A stretch of DNA of 64,000 bases. It comes from Nannocystales bacterium. GTDB taxonomy: Bacteria; Myxococcota_A; Polyangia; Nannocystales; Nannocystaceae. How positions within the stretch are numbered: position 1 is the stretch's first letter; each line of letters starts with the position of its first letter. Made by a program: the position numbers and the translations under genes. The stretch covers positions 32,001 through 96,000 of the forward strand of contig JBOEGF010000024.1 in NCBI GenBank assembly GCA_050633305.1, read 5' to 3'. The notes under the pieces were generated by a model. The model saw only the letters and a list, made by a program, of their open reading frames with translations. It was not told the origin of the DNA and made no database searches. Below, in pieces: positions 36,852 through 47,340 of this stretch.

Positions 36852-39800
36852 ATGCTGTCGTGTCTGCGTCGTGCGCTTGGCGTCTTTTTCTGCGGCGTCT
36901 TACTCGTCGCCGCCTGCAAGAGTACGGACGCCTCGCCGTCGGTCCAAGATTCCCGCGAATCCAACGCGAGCTCGGGTGGGGCGGAAACGCCCGCGCCAGA
37001 TCTCGCGGACCGCGCCTTCCCGCTGCTCGCCTGGGCGGTTCACATGGTGAAGACCGAGTACTTCGACCAGGGCCGCTTCGATGGGCGCGCTCAGCTTGCC
37101 TCGGCGCTCGAGGGGGTCGGAATGCAAACGCCCGAGTTCTTCGCGGAGCTGGGCGGCGACTCGGTCGTCCTTCGGGTTCGCGGGGCCAGTTCAACCTTCA
37201 ACATCGCCGACGTTCGAACGATCGATGACGCTTCACTCGCGCTCGAGGAGATGCTGGTGTTCGCGCAGACCGAGCTCGACCTCGACCCCGAGGCCTTGCA
37301 TGCCCTGGAGTACGCGGCGATCAACGGGCTCCTGGCGCCGCTCGATCCCCACACGATCCTGCTGACGCCGGAGGAGCACGCCGACCTTGGAGAGCGAACG
37401 CGGGGTTCCTTCGGAGGGATCGGGGCAGAGATTCGGGTGGAGAACCGCGCGGTCTTGGTCGTTCGTGTATTGCCCGACATGCCGGCCGAAAAGGCCGGTC
37501 TGCAGGGTGGCGACATCCTGCTGCGTATCGGTGGCCGATCGACGGTCAGCATGAGCGTGACCGAAGCGCAGGAGTTGTTGCGAGGCCCGGTGGGGACGCC
37601 TGTCGAGGTGAAGGTGCGCCGCAAGTCCAAGTCCTTGGATGTGACGATCGAGCGCGCCGTCATCCGCCTCGCCTCGGTCACCGCCACCGCCTTGCCCGGA
37701 GGCGTCAGTCACTTCCGTATCTCGAGCTTTCAAGAGGATACCGCCGAGAAGCTTCGCGAGGCGATCGCTGCGGCGAGTGCTGCCGGGGCGCTCAATGGGA
37801 TCGTGCTCGATCTTCGCGGCAACGGAGGGGGGTTGCTGGTCCAGGCGACGCAGATCGTCGATCTCTTCGTGCCTCGCGGCGAGCTCGTGATCGTGCGAAG
37901 CGTCTACGGTCGGGAGGTCGACGAGGCGACGGATGCGACCGCGGTTTCCGGAGATGTGCCGGTGGTGGTGTTGGTCGACGAGCAGGCGGCGAGTGCGTCC
38001 GAGATCGTCAGCGGAGGGCTTCAGGCCCTGGGGCGCGCCATCATCGTGGGACGTTCGACGTTCGGCAAGGGGTCGGTACAGGTCGTCCGCCCTGCCTCCC
38101 CCTACGGGCGGGAGCTCGCGCTCAAGCTGACGATGGCCGAGTACCTCGTCGCGGGCGACAAGCGCATCCAGGCCCGCGGAGTCGTCCCGGACCTGGAGTT
38201 GCTCCCGGTCGAGCCGACGGGGTTGGACCACGTCGTTCGTTACTACGACGTCGAGCGCTTCGAGCGAGCGCGCGAGCGGGCCCGCATGGCGCACCATCCC
38301 TCGGCCGGACACGAGAACCTCGATGCCGCGGTGCGCGAGCCCGATGCGCGGCTGCGGTACCTGGCGGACCTCGAGTTGCCCGCTGCGTTGAAGAAACAAC
38401 CGGATGTTCCGCCGCTGATGCGTGACCCAGAGGTTCGCATCGCGGCCGAGGTGGCGAGAGCTGTGCCCTCGCGCCTCGATGCGGAAGGACGTCGCACCTC
38501 GGTCGCTCGGCTCGCGGCGTCGTTGGCCGCAAACGAGACGCCCCGCATCGCCGACGCCCTGGGAAAGGCCGGCGTGGCGTGGGGTGCCGAGGGGGCCACC
38601 GACACGCCGCTGGATGCGACCGCTCGCATCGTGACCCCTCTTCCGATCGAGGCCGGCAAGACGTTCGAACTGGAGGTCTCGGTCACGAACCGGTCCTCCG
38701 AGACCGCGCACCGCGTGCATGCGATCACGGACTGCGAGCGGGAGCGACTCGACGGCATTGAGGTGCTCTTTGGGGACATCGAGGCGGGGCAGACCCAGTC
38801 TCGGACGATCGAGCTCCACGTGATGCCGTGGTACGCGGATTTTGTCGGGGACCTCGACGTGCAGGTTCATGTCGGCGAGCCCGACGAGACCCCCGACGCC
38901 ACGTCTCGGGCGATCTTCGAGACGCAAGCGAAGCCTCGCCCCGCGCTGTCGTACGACGCTTGGATCGTGGATGACCCGGCGTTGGTCGCCAAGGCCCCGC
39001 GTCGTCCCGAGTCCGAGCCTGTGCCGGGATTGCCCGAGTTCTCGGTGCAGGGCAACGGCGACGGAATGCTGCAGCCGGGCGAGCGGGTGCTGCTTGCATT
39101 TCGGGCCTACAACCACGGGGATGGCGACAGCCCCGATGTGCGTGCCTTCTTGCGGAACCTCAGCGGCGACCAAGGTCTGCTCGAGGAGGGATTCGTGCAA
39201 CTTGGGGCCATACCGGTCGGAGAGTCCGTCTCGGGCGCCTTCGGAATCTGGGTCAAGCAGAACGCGGACCCGAGTCGGCCGTTCTTGCTCGATCTGACGG
39301 TCGGTGACGTTCAGCTGCGCATGACCGTGTCCGACGCGATGTCGCTGAAGGTGCTGTCGAACTCGGGCGAGCCGGCGACGCTGGAGCGTGCGATTCGGGT
39401 CGACGGTGACGCGCTGCAGCTGCGCCGTGGAGCCCATGCGTCCTCGGCCGTCGCTGCCGACGCGTCCGTATCCACCGTCCTGTCCTTGGAGGGCAAGGTT
39501 GGGTCGTGGCTGTATACGACCGCCCCGGACGAGCCCAGCCGTCGATGGTTCGTCGCCGAAGACCATGGAGGTTTCTCCGACCACGAGTCCGAGTCCGGTG
39601 CGCCCAAGGGGCTGGTGGCCCGTCGTTCGGTCCGTCCGCCCACCCTCGAGGTGAAACCGATCCCACGCCGTACGACGGCCGCCGCGGTCACCCTCGAAGG
39701 CTTGGCGTCTCATCCGCGGCACCTTCGCGATGTTGTCGTGATGGTGCGTCCGGCCGGTCCGGGGCAAGTCGACAGGAAGGTCGAGTACGTTGCTGCCGGG

Positions 39801-39944
39801 CCCCAAGGGACCGCACTCGAGTTTGAGGCTGAGATCCCGCTGCAGCCCGGGGGCAATCGGGTCCTCGTCCTCGCTCGGGGCGATGGGGATGTTCAGAACT
39901 CGACCAAGCTGTGGATCTACCGAGCCGCCGCGGATGGTGGCTGA
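36852..39944 (+). CDS. S41 carboxyl-terminal protease lipoprotein with PDZ and C-terminal Ig/CARDB-like domains
   Basis: LDPHT, GSFGGIG (PDZ), LDLRGNGGGLL, ASASEIVSG and TFGKGSVQ. Confidence 0.93.
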   Translation: MLSCLRRALGVFFCGVLLVAACKSTDASPSVQDSRESNASSGGAETPAPDLADRAFPLLAWAVHMVKTEYFDQGRFDGRAQLASALEGVGMQTPEFFAELGGDSVVLRVRGASSTFNIADVRTIDDASLALEEMLVFAQTELDLDPEALHALEYAAINGLLAPLDPHTILLTPEEHADLGERTRGSFGGIGAEIRVENRAVLVVRVLPDMPAEKAGLQGGDILLRIGGRSTVSMSVTEAQELLRGPVGTPVEVKVRRKSKSLDVTIERAVIRLASVTATALPGGVSHFRISSFQEDTAEKLREAIAAASAAGALNGIVLDLRGNGGGLLVQATQIVDLFVPRGELVIVRSVYGREVDEATDATAVSGDVPVVVLVDEQAASASEIVSGGLQALGRAIIVGRSTFGKGSVQVVRPASPYGRELALKLTMAEYLVAGDKRIQARGVVPDLELLPVEPTGLDHVVRYYDVERFERARERARMAHHPSAGHENLDAAVREPDARLRYLADLELPAALKKQPDVPPLMRDPEVRIAAEVARAVPSRLDAEGRRTSVARLAASLAANETPRIADALGKAGVAWGAEGATDTPLDATARIVTPLPIEAGKTFELEVSVTNRSSETAHRVHAITDCERERLDGIEVLFGDIEAGQTQSRTIELHVMPWYADFVGDLDVQVHVGEPDETPDATSRAIFETQAKPRPALSYDAWIVDDPALVAKAPRRPESEPVPGLPEFSVQGNGDGMLQPGERVLLAFRAYNHGDGDSPDVRAFLRNLSGDQGLLEEGFVQLGAIPVGESVSGAFGIWVKQNADPSRPFLLDLTVGDVQLRMTVSDAMSLKVLSNSGEPATLERAIRVDGDALQLRRGAHASSAVAADASVSTVLSLEGKVGSWLYTTAPDEPSRRWFVAEDHGGFSDHESESGAPKGLVARRSVRPPTLEVKPIPRRTTAAAVTLEGLASHPRHLRDVVVMVRPAGPGQVDRKVEYVAAGPQGTALEFEAEIPLQPGGNRVLVLARGDGDVQNSTKLWIYRAAADGG

Positions 39945-41701
39945 GTCGGCTCGGGGCCCTGCGCCTCCATCGTGTCGGGGGCCTCTGCGGCGGTCTCGTA
40001 CGCCTCGGCGATGATGCGCTCGAAGGTCGCGGGCGCCGGGGCGATGGGGTCGAGGGCTCGCGCGCGGCCCGAAAGTGTGAGGCGAACCCGCTGCGGGGTG
40101 CCCGGGGCGACCGTCTTCGCGGCGAGGGCCTCGACACGCCATCGGTCGACGCCGCGGTCGTCCAGGGCCTTCCGGATCGCCTCGGTCCGTGCCTGGGCGA
40201 GTCGGCCATCGGCGGCGGCGTCCCGGGTCTTGGGAACGAAGACCGCGAGCTGGAGACGCTCGATCCAAGGGTTGAGGCGGAGCAGCTCCGCGATCTCATC
40301 GAGTTGAGCGCCCATGGTCGGGTCCACGGCTGCGGAGCCTTCGGCGAAGTGCAGGGCGGGCAGGAGCTGGCGCGCCTCAAACGTTTCGAAGGTTTCGCCT
40401 TTGCCGTCTGCCAGCCTCCGGTCAGGGCATCCATCAAGGTCTCGGTAGCCGTTGATGACCTCCGGGGCGGCGGGACACAGGTCTACGACGTCGGGGATCC
40501 CGTCCCGGTCGTCGTCGAGCTCGGGGCAGCCGTCGCCGTCCTGCGTTCCATCCCGATCCTCGGGGACTGTGGGACACAAGTCGGCCCGCGCGAGCACGCC
40601 ATCGCCGTCGGGATCGGCTGGCCTCGGGGGAAGTGTGGCCGGTGGCCTGTCCATCGAGGCCATCAGCGCCCGGTCGTGGTCCCGGGCCAAGGCGGCCGCT
40701 CCGGGCCGCTCGCTGCCTTCGAATGCCGGCTCTGTTCGGACCCGACGGATGGGGGCAAAGGCCGCGCTGAGCCCGACTTGCATGCTCGGCAGTCCGACGG
40801 ATGAGAGGACCGAGCCGCCACCCCACAGTTGCATGACGAGTCCGCCTCGGGTTTGCCAACGAAAGCCTCCGCGTAGAGCGACGGGGCTGTCCGCGCCCTG
40901 AACCATCGAGGCTTGGCCATCCAACTCCGCGAACAAGGCGAAGGCGTCGCGGGGGGCGACGGGCACCCGAACGGCGAGCCGAACCGGGAGCGCATCCCCA
41001 CCCAGCACGTCGCCGTAGTTGACCTCCGGCCGTATCGAGTAGCCGACGTTCGTTGCGACTGCGACGCCACGTCGCCCACGGTACTCGGCGAGGAGGCTGG
41101 GCGTGTACGTGCCACCACCGTAGGTCGTCAGCGCATCCTCGCGGCCCGAGGGGACCGTCGCGTCGAAGCCGATCCCCAGTCCGAACCCGCGCCGAGGCGT
41201 TCGCAGAAAGGTGCCTCGGGCGCCGAGCCGGATGTCGCCGACCGCTGCGCCCGGAAGCGCCACGATGCCGCCGCCATCCACCGTCGCCCCGCGTTGGTGC
41301 AAGACCATCGGGAGGTCCATCTCCAGCTGCGCCCAGTCTGCAATCCCGAACGCGAGCAGGAGATCTGTCTGCAGCCGGGCGTCGACGCTCGGGCCCGCTT
41401 CGACGGGCTCGAAGCTGCGCAGGTACGTGGTCGCAACCCCGGCGGAGGGGGTCCAGGCGGGCAGGACCTGACTCGAGTCCGTCGCGAGGTGGCCGTTGAC
41501 GCTCGCGCTGTGTCGGACGGTGTCTCCGGGAGCCGCGTGCGCGGGCGCTGCCCAGCCTGCGCTGAGCGCTGCGGCGACGACGAGCACTGCGACACGAGGG
41601 AGACCCACGAGCGGTGCATCGGGCGTGCTGCGTACCGCTTGAGGGTCGCCCACGGACCCGGCCGGGGACGGTCCAGAGCGGGAAATGCGCGGCCCGGTCA
41701 C
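39917..41701 (-). CDS. TraB-like outer-membrane protein: beta-barrel, thrombospondin type 3 repeats, OmpA-like domain
   Basis: GDIRLG barrel motif, DPDGDGV..DLCP..PED.DG..DGDGCPE repeats and an OmpA-like C-terminus. Start uncertain. Confidence 0.85.
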   Translation of the reverse strand: MTGPRISRSGPSPAGSVGDPQAVRSTPDAPLVGLPRVAVLVVAAALSAGWAAPAHAAPGDTVRHSASVNGHLATDSSQVLPAWTPSAGVATTYLRSFEPVEAGPSVDARLQTDLLLAFGIADWAQLEMDLPMVLHQRGATVDGGGIVALPGAAVGDIRLGARGTFLRTPRRGFGLGIGFDATVPSGREDALTTYGGGTYTPSLLAEYRGRRGVAVATNVGYSIRPEVNYGDVLGGDALPVRLAVRVPVAPRDAFALFAELDGQASMVQGADSPVALRGGFRWQTRGGLVMQLWGGGSVLSSVGLPSMQVGLSAAFAPIRRVRTEPAFEGSERPGAAALARDHDRALMASMDRPPATLPPRPADPDGDGVLARADLCPTVPEDRDGTQDGDGCPELDDDRDGIPDVVDLCPAAPEVINGYRDLDGCPDRRLADGKGETFETFEARQLLPALHFAEGSAAVDPTMGAQLDEIAELLRLNPWIERLQLAVFVPKTRDAAADGRLAQARTEAIRKALDDRGVDRWRVEALAAKTVAPGTPQRVRLTLSGRARALDPIAPAPATFERIIAEAYETAAEAPDTMEAQGPEPTQPPSAAAR

Positions 41702-41766
41702 GGTCGGTGGGAACCTTTGGCGAGCAGGACGGTCTGTGGTCGTGCAAGATCCCGATGCGAGGTCCC

Positions 41767-43080
41767 GTGAGCGAGTCCAACGAGCACCCCGAAGATCAAG
41801 AGCCCGAACAGCCCAATGCGAGTCCGCAAGGCGGTGAGCTCAGCCACGACGACTTCGAGGACGATGACCTCGACGACCTCGACGCGTTCGGCATCGATGG
41901 CGTTGTCGCCCAGATGACCGGCGACGAGCCCGCGATGCCGAAAAAGCGCACCCGTCCAGCGTGGATATCGGCGGTCGTGGTGCTCGCCTGCCTGTACCCG
42001 CTCATCAGCATGTGGGGGGACTTCCGATTCTGGCTGCGCTCCTCCGAGCCCGAGTCACTAGGGGATTCGGCTGCGCTCTTCGAGCCGGGCGCGCCCACGC
42101 CCGATCTTCTCGACCGCTACATCTCCATCGAGGGCACGCCCGATGTGCAGTGGACGAGCGTGCTCACCAAGAAGAGCGGGGCGAAGGTCAACTACTTCCG
42201 GGTTCTCGAAGGCGGGGGTCGGTTGTTTGCCGCCGTTCCGCGTCCCGAAGGTGATGCCGGCAAGACTGCGAAGTATCCCAGTGGGTTCACGGGTCGGGTC
42301 ACGCGGTTGGGAGATGCGGGCGGATTTGACTGGATCGCTCGGCTGTTCGCAGAACAAGAGGTCACGGAGCTCTACGACGTCTCGGGCCAGTCGGTCGCGG
42401 ACGCTGTCTCCGCAGGAAATGCTTCCCTGTCGATGACGGCAGAGGATGGCCGCGGCGTCATCGCCGAGCCCGCCGACATGATCCGCGTGGTGGCACGGCC
42501 CGAGGACGCGCGCGTATTGCTCGGTGCGGCCTCGTTCCCCAGCGCCAAGGCGGCGGATGCTGCCGTCGCTGCGCTGGGATACCCGTACGCGGTGTTGGGA
42601 CAAGGGCGCACCGATCTGCGGCGGTACGTCGTTCGGGTGCCAGAGGCTGCTCGCGATGACGCTCGCAAAGCGTTGCTCGCCAAGGTCGAAGGCGAGGTCG
42701 ACGAGAACGACCCGAAGGAAGGGGTCTCGGTCTTCCCGCTGTCCGCGACCTACACCGCGCCCGCTGGCGAGATTTCGCTCGAGGGGGCCGAGCTGGTGTT
42801 CCCCTACGGCGACAACACCACCGCCCCGGGCTACCGGGTCGAGGACGGCAAGCTCGTCGAGGCGGAGCTCGATGGCGGGCGGATGCGGATCCCGGTGACG
42901 GCGGTCCATGCGGCGCGGGTCGAGAAGCCGGTCTTCGTCGATCCCGACGGGTTCCTCGTCGAGGTTGGTGTCGAGCCGAGCTCGCAGCTCAAGTGGGGAA
43001 TCCTCTGGCTGCTGGTCCTTGGGCTCGCGCTCACGAACGCTGTGGTCCTGTACAGCGGGCTGCGCCGACGCGCAGTGTGA
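41767..43080 (+). CDS. Hypothetical membrane protein (two TMs flanking a periplasmic domain)
   Basis: GC3-rich ORF with an acidic N-terminus and two TM segments. Confidence 0.75.
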   Translation: MSESNEHPEDQEPEQPNASPQGGELSHDDFEDDDLDDLDAFGIDGVVAQMTGDEPAMPKKRTRPAWISAVVVLACLYPLISMWGDFRFWLRSSEPESLGDSAALFEPGAPTPDLLDRYISIEGTPDVQWTSVLTKKSGAKVNYFRVLEGGGRLFAAVPRPEGDAGKTAKYPSGFTGRVTRLGDAGGFDWIARLFAEQEVTELYDVSGQSVADAVSAGNASLSMTAEDGRGVIAEPADMIRVVARPEDARVLLGAASFPSAKAADAAVAALGYPYAVLGQGRTDLRRYVVRVPEAARDDARKALLAKVEGEVDENDPKEGVSVFPLSATYTAPAGEISLEGAELVFPYGDNTTAPGYRVEDGKLVEAELDGGRMRIPVTAVHAARVEKPVFVDPDGFLVEVGVEPSSQLKWGILWLLVLGLALTNAVVLYSGLRRRAV

Positions 43081-43173
43081 GCGGACTTTCCGCTCGGGAG
43101 CGCCACGGGTCGCCGTGGTGCGCGTCTTTTGGACCCCGACCGGGCCAATGGGCTACGGTCAGGGAGCCAACCC

Positions 43174-44046
43174 GTGGGCGAGGCCTCGAACATCACACTG
43201 CAGTTGCTGGGCGCCGGTGGGGCGTTTACCCGAATCTTTGGGACAACGTGCTCGGTGCTCACGCTCGCCAACGACGAGCGGTGGCTGATCGATTGCGGTC
43301 GGCAAGCGCCGGACCAGCTGCATGCCGCAGGCATCGAGTGGCACGCGATCTTCGGTCAGCTCGTCACGCACGTGCACGGCGACCACACGTTCGGCCTGGA
43401 GGATTTCGCGTTCTCCCGTTTCTTCTTCACGCGTGAGGGCGTAGAGGCCGTGCGCGAAGGCGGACCGCGCCCCAAGCTGGTGTGTCACAGCGCGGTGCAG
43501 GAGGAACTCTGGGAGTCCCTTGCGTCGTCGCTTCGCTACGTTCCGCCACCACTGGCACCCAAGTCCGGGACGCTCGACACCTACTTCGAGACGGTCGCGG
43601 CGCATGCATCGGAGCCTCCGGGCGACAACCCATGGCACCACGCCGAGTCCTTTCGCGCAGGTCAGCTCACGGTGCATACGACCGAGACGGAGCACGTGCC
43701 CGGGAAACCGAGCACGGCGCTGACCATCGAGGTCGGTGATGGAAAGGTCGCGTGGTGGAGCGGAGACAGCACGGTCGACGCCGATGCGCTCGTCGCCCTC
43801 GAACCCAGGACGACGGTCTTCTTCCACGACTGCACGTTCGTCGAATACCCCGGTCAGGTTCACGGTTCGTTCGCGGCGCTCGAGAAACTCCCGCTCGCGG
43901 TCCGCAAGAAGCTCGTGCTGATGCACCACGAGGACGACCTCGCAGACCACCGCGATCGAGCCGATGCGCTCGGCTTTCGCGTCGCGCTGCCCGGCCAGAC
44001 CTACGATCTGCAGACCGGCCAGTGCCACGCAGCGCTGGCCGACTGA
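43174..44046 (+). CDS. MBL-fold metallo-hydrolase (RNase Z / phosphodiesterase-like)
   Basis: LLGAGGAF, LIDCG, THVHGDH, SGDS, FHDC and LMH. Confidence 0.88.
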   Translation: MGEASNITLQLLGAGGAFTRIFGTTCSVLTLANDERWLIDCGRQAPDQLHAAGIEWHAIFGQLVTHVHGDHTFGLEDFAFSRFFFTREGVEAVREGGPRPKLVCHSAVQEELWESLASSLRYVPPPLAPKSGTLDTYFETVAAHASEPPGDNPWHHAESFRAGQLTVHTTETEHVPGKPSTALTIEVGDGKVAWWSGDSTVDADALVALEPRTTVFFHDCTFVEYPGQVHGSFAALEKLPLAVRKKLVLMHHEDDLADHRDRADALGFRVALPGQTYDLQTGQCHAALAD

Positions 44047-44047
44047 G

Positions 44048-44581
44048 CTACGCTTTCGCTTCGTTTCGGCCCCGGATGCGATCGAAGAGCATGGGGAAGT
44101 TGCACGGCTTGTGCGTGGCGTCGAGCTGCTTGATCAGAATCCGGTCCATCGCGGTTCGGACTGCACCGGTGGACCCTGGAAGCGCGAACACGAACGTCCC
44201 GCTGCACAGGGCTGCCGTCACGCGGCTTTGAATGGTCGAGGTCCCGATCTCTTCGTAGCTGAGCATGCGGAACAGCTCCCCGAATCCGGGGATGGACTTG
44301 GTCACCAACGGCTCCAGTGCATCCGGGGTGATGTCCCGGTCGGTGAGCCCGGTGCCGCCGGTTGTAATCAGGACATCAACCTGAGGATCGTCGATCGCCC
44401 GTTGCATCGAGGACCGCACCCGCTGCAGATCGTCGGGCACGATCTCCTTCCAGCTGATGCGGTGCCCCGCGCCCTCGAGACGCTCAACGGCCAGCTGTCC
44501 TGACGTGTCGGTCTGTTCCGTACGCGTATCCGAGACGGTCAGGACGGCGGCACGCACGGGGACGAAGGTGTCGGAGACCAT
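44048..44581 (-). CDS. moaB: Molybdenum cofactor biosynthesis protein B
   Basis: [34 protein letters not shown] and LPGS. Confidence 0.93.
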   Translation of the reverse strand: MVSDTFVPVRAAVLTVSDTRTEQTDTSGQLAVERLEGAGHRISWKEIVPDDLQRVRSSMQRAIDDPQVDVLITTGGTGLTDRDITPDALEPLVTKSIPGFGELFRMLSYEEIGTSTIQSRVTAALCSGTFVFALPGSTGAVRTAMDRILIKQLDATHKPCNFPMLFDRIRGRNEAKA

Positions 44582-44805
44582 TCGCCGTGACGATAGCAGC
44601 CGCGACACGGCTGTCAGGGTGGGGCAGAGGATCGTGCCGTGAATGTCGTGTTCGACGGCAACCCCGGCCTCCAGGACCCAGAATTCCGATCTGGCATCCC
44701 TCGTGCTTACAGTGGGGCTGTCGACGGGCTCCGGGGCGGGCGATTGCTCGGGGAGAACGTATGGCGGCTTTGCTTGGGGCCTTGCGGCCGAAAATTGGAG
44801 AACCG

Positions 44806-46575
44806 ATGAAACGACTCTTTGCTGGATCGCTGATGACTGTCCTTACGGGTGCCGTGATGGTGGCTGCCCCTCAACCCGCCGAGGCGTGCGGTGGGTTCTT
44901 CTGCGACGGAGGTCCGCAGCCGATGCCGGTGGATCAGACCGGCGAGGACATCCTTTTCGTCATGGACGGCGATGAGATCGAGGTTCACATCCGGGTGGAG
45001 TACGAAGGAGAGGCGGAGAACTTCGCGTGGCTAATTCCCGCGTCTTCGGTCCCCACGGACTTCAACGTCGGCTCGCAAGCGTTGGTCGATGCGGTCAAGG
45101 CGGCGACCGTCCCGACCTACGGCATCACGAACACGGCCGATGACTGCAGTCTCGACGACAATGAAGGCTTCGGCACCGGGGCGGATGGAGCCGGGGATTC
45201 GGGCGACCCTTCAGGGGGGAGCGCGACCGAGGGGGGCAACGATGGGCCCGTGGTCCTCGCACAGGAGCAGGTCGGTGCCTACGAGATCACCGTGATCGGT
45301 GAGGCTGAAGGCGGCGACCTGACGGCCCAGCAGGTCTTCGACTGGCTCGAGGAGAACGAGTACCAGCAAGACGAGTCCGCGCTGCCGATCATCGAGGAGT
45401 ACCTCGCGGAGGACCACAACTTCATCGCGATCAAGCTCACCGGGGGTGCGGATGTGGATGAGTTGCATCCCATCGCCCTGAAGTTCGACCACACCAACCC
45501 GTGCGTGCCCCTTCGGCTCACGCGGATCGCGGCGGTCGACGACATGGACGTGCGAACCTACTTTCTCTCCGACAGCCGCGTCGTGCCCAGCACCTACAAG
45601 CACGTCCTGGTCAACGCGCTGAAGATCGATTGGACGAGTCAGGCATCCAACTACAAAGAAGTCATCACCAAGGCCGTCGACGCAGACGGGGCGGATGGCC
45701 GAGCCTTTGTGACCGAGTACGCCGGCCCCACAAACGTCGTGCAGACCAACTCGATCTTTCAGTCGCAGTGGAACGCCGCAGAGTTCGAGGGGTTGGAGCC
45801 CGCACTCGCGATGCAAACCCTCATGGACCAGGGGCTGTTTCGCTGCGACTACGACTTTACGGTGGACGACGACGTTTGCTTTGGGCTGCACCCGCTCATC
45901 GAGCCGCTCGTCAACGAGTTCTTGGTGCCCGACGATGTCGAGCCGCGTGACTTCTACTCCGACCCCGATCAGTTCGCGGAGTTGATCGATCTCGAGCGGT
46001 GGGCGAACGGGGAAGTGTTCGCGCAGCGTCTTGGCGAGCGAGTCATCGAGCCCGGTCAGAATGCGGTCGAGCTGCTGGAGACCCACGACTATCTGACCCG
46101 GATGTACACGACCATCTCTCCCTCGGAGATGACCGCGGATCCGATGTTCCATACAAACCCCGACTTGGACGACGTTGAAAACAACCGCACCGCGACGAAC
46201 AGGCTGCTGTGCAACGGTGACAACTTGTGGACGTTGCCCGATGGACGGGACGTGTACGTGCCCGCAGGTGAGCCATGGCCCAACATCGGTGGTGAAGACT
46301 TCTGGGAGGAAGAGGTCGACGAGATGCCCTCCGCTGGCGCGCCCATGGTGCTGGTGAACAACACCGAAGCTATCGAGGTCGCCCGCCGCAGGTACAACAC
46401 CGGCGTGGGCTACAACGGCGTCGCACCCGAGCAAGGCGGGGATCTCGACGACACGCCGCAGCCGGGCTTTGATGACGGCGGCTGCGGCTGCCGGACCTCC
46501 TCGCCGACCGGTGCGGTGTGGTCGATGGCGTTCCTGTTTGGCATCGCGGCGCTCCGTCGCCGCCGTAGCGTCTAG
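44806..46575 (+). CDS. DUF2330 domain protein with MYXO-CTERM sorting signal
   Basis: [26 protein letters not shown] and C-terminal GGCGC..TM..RRRR. Confidence 0.92.
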   Translation: MKRLFAGSLMTVLTGAVMVAAPQPAEACGGFFCDGGPQPMPVDQTGEDILFVMDGDEIEVHIRVEYEGEAENFAWLIPASSVPTDFNVGSQALVDAVKAATVPTYGITNTADDCSLDDNEGFGTGADGAGDSGDPSGGSATEGGNDGPVVLAQEQVGAYEITVIGEAEGGDLTAQQVFDWLEENEYQQDESALPIIEEYLAEDHNFIAIKLTGGADVDELHPIALKFDHTNPCVPLRLTRIAAVDDMDVRTYFLSDSRVVPSTYKHVLVNALKIDWTSQASNYKEVITKAVDADGADGRAFVTEYAGPTNVVQTNSIFQSQWNAAEFEGLEPALAMQTLMDQGLFRCDYDFTVDDDVCFGLHPLIEPLVNEFLVPDDVEPRDFYSDPDQFAELIDLERWANGEVFAQRLGERVIEPGQNAVELLETHDYLTRMYTTISPSEMTADPMFHTNPDLDDVENNRTATNRLLCNGDNLWTLPDGRDVYVPAGEPWPNIGGEDFWEEEVDEMPSAGAPMVLVNNTEAIEVARRRYNTGVGYNGVAPEQGGDLDDTPQPGFDDGGCGCRTSSPTGAVWSMAFLFGIAALRRRRSV

Positions 46576-46587
46576 CGCGGAGCTGTA

Positions 46588-46637
46588 ACCCGAAAATAGC
46601 CCTCTGGTGGTCTCTCGCCAGAGGGCTTCTTCGGGTG
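46588..46637. terminator. Bidirectional intrinsic terminator
   Basis: ACCCGAA..AGCCCTCTGG / CCAGAGGGCT..TTCGGGT inverted repeat between convergent genes. Confidence 0.7.
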
Positions 46638-46647
46638 GTGCGCTTCG

Positions 46648-47268
46648 TCACGAAGACGGGGGCAGGGCTCGCTGCGCGTTGTCCTCGGCTTCCATGAGCG
46701 CGGAGGAAGCGATCGCCTGCGCGCGACCGGCCGCGCTGCGGAGCTTGGTGAAGTTTCGCAAGACCAGGACCGCGCCCAAGGCTCCAAGTCCCAGTCCGCC
46801 CATCACCAGCGTGGTGCTGAACAACATCCCCAGCGCGAGCATGGTGAGGCTGATACCCGCGATCCCCGTGGCGGCCAAGCTCTGCACTCCCTTGCCAGCG
46901 GAGGTGTCGACATCCACCCGAACGAGCGCGCCGCCGGCTCCGTCGGGTGTGCTGCGAATCTTGTACGTGAGGCCCGCATCGTCGTCGACGATGTCCGCAG
47001 ATCCGTCGCCCTGCCCATGGCCTCCCCGCCCGGTCTGGCGCTCGAGAGAGCTCTGTACCGAGGCGAGCGCGTCTGGTGGCGCTGCTGCGATTCGCGACTC
47101 CACGTGGGCGGTCGAGGTCCCGCGGGTGAGGGGACCGACAGCGCTCCCTGCGTCCTGTGTCGCTGGAAGGTCTCCCGCACGCTCGGCTAGCGCGAGCCGC
47201 AACTCCTGCGGGGAGATCCCTGCTTCGGCCGCAGCGTCCCGCAACTCGTCGTCGGTGAGATTCGCCAT
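46648..47268 (-). CDS. Hypothetical membrane protein
   Basis: LTDDELRDAAAEAGIS N-terminus and two C-terminal TMs. Confidence 0.75.
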   Translation of the reverse strand: MANLTDDELRDAAAEAGISPQELRLALAERAGDLPATQDAGSAVGPLTRGTSTAHVESRIAAAPPDALASVQSSLERQTGRGGHGQGDGSADIVDDDAGLTYKIRSTPDGAGGALVRVDVDTSAGKGVQSLAATGIAGISLTMLALGMLFSTTLVMGGLGLGALGAVLVLRNFTKLRSAAGRAQAIASSALMEAEDNAQRALPPSS

Positions 47269-47340
47269 TGCTGCGGAGCTTACCCCAGTGTCGGGCGGCC
47301 GCTAGCGCTGGGAGGGGGCCGCGTGGACGACGTTGGGGCC

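Noticed and set aside
37233..40268. 1011-aa minus-strand ORF
   Set aside because: Antisense shadow of the S41 protease gene. Long shadow ORFs are expected at this GC content, and it has no motifs.
44806..46575. Link between the MYXO-CTERM protein and the window's rhomboids as its sortase
   Set aside because: The genes are more than 40 kb apart, and rhombosortases act on GlyGly-CTERM. No sequence evidence supports a link.
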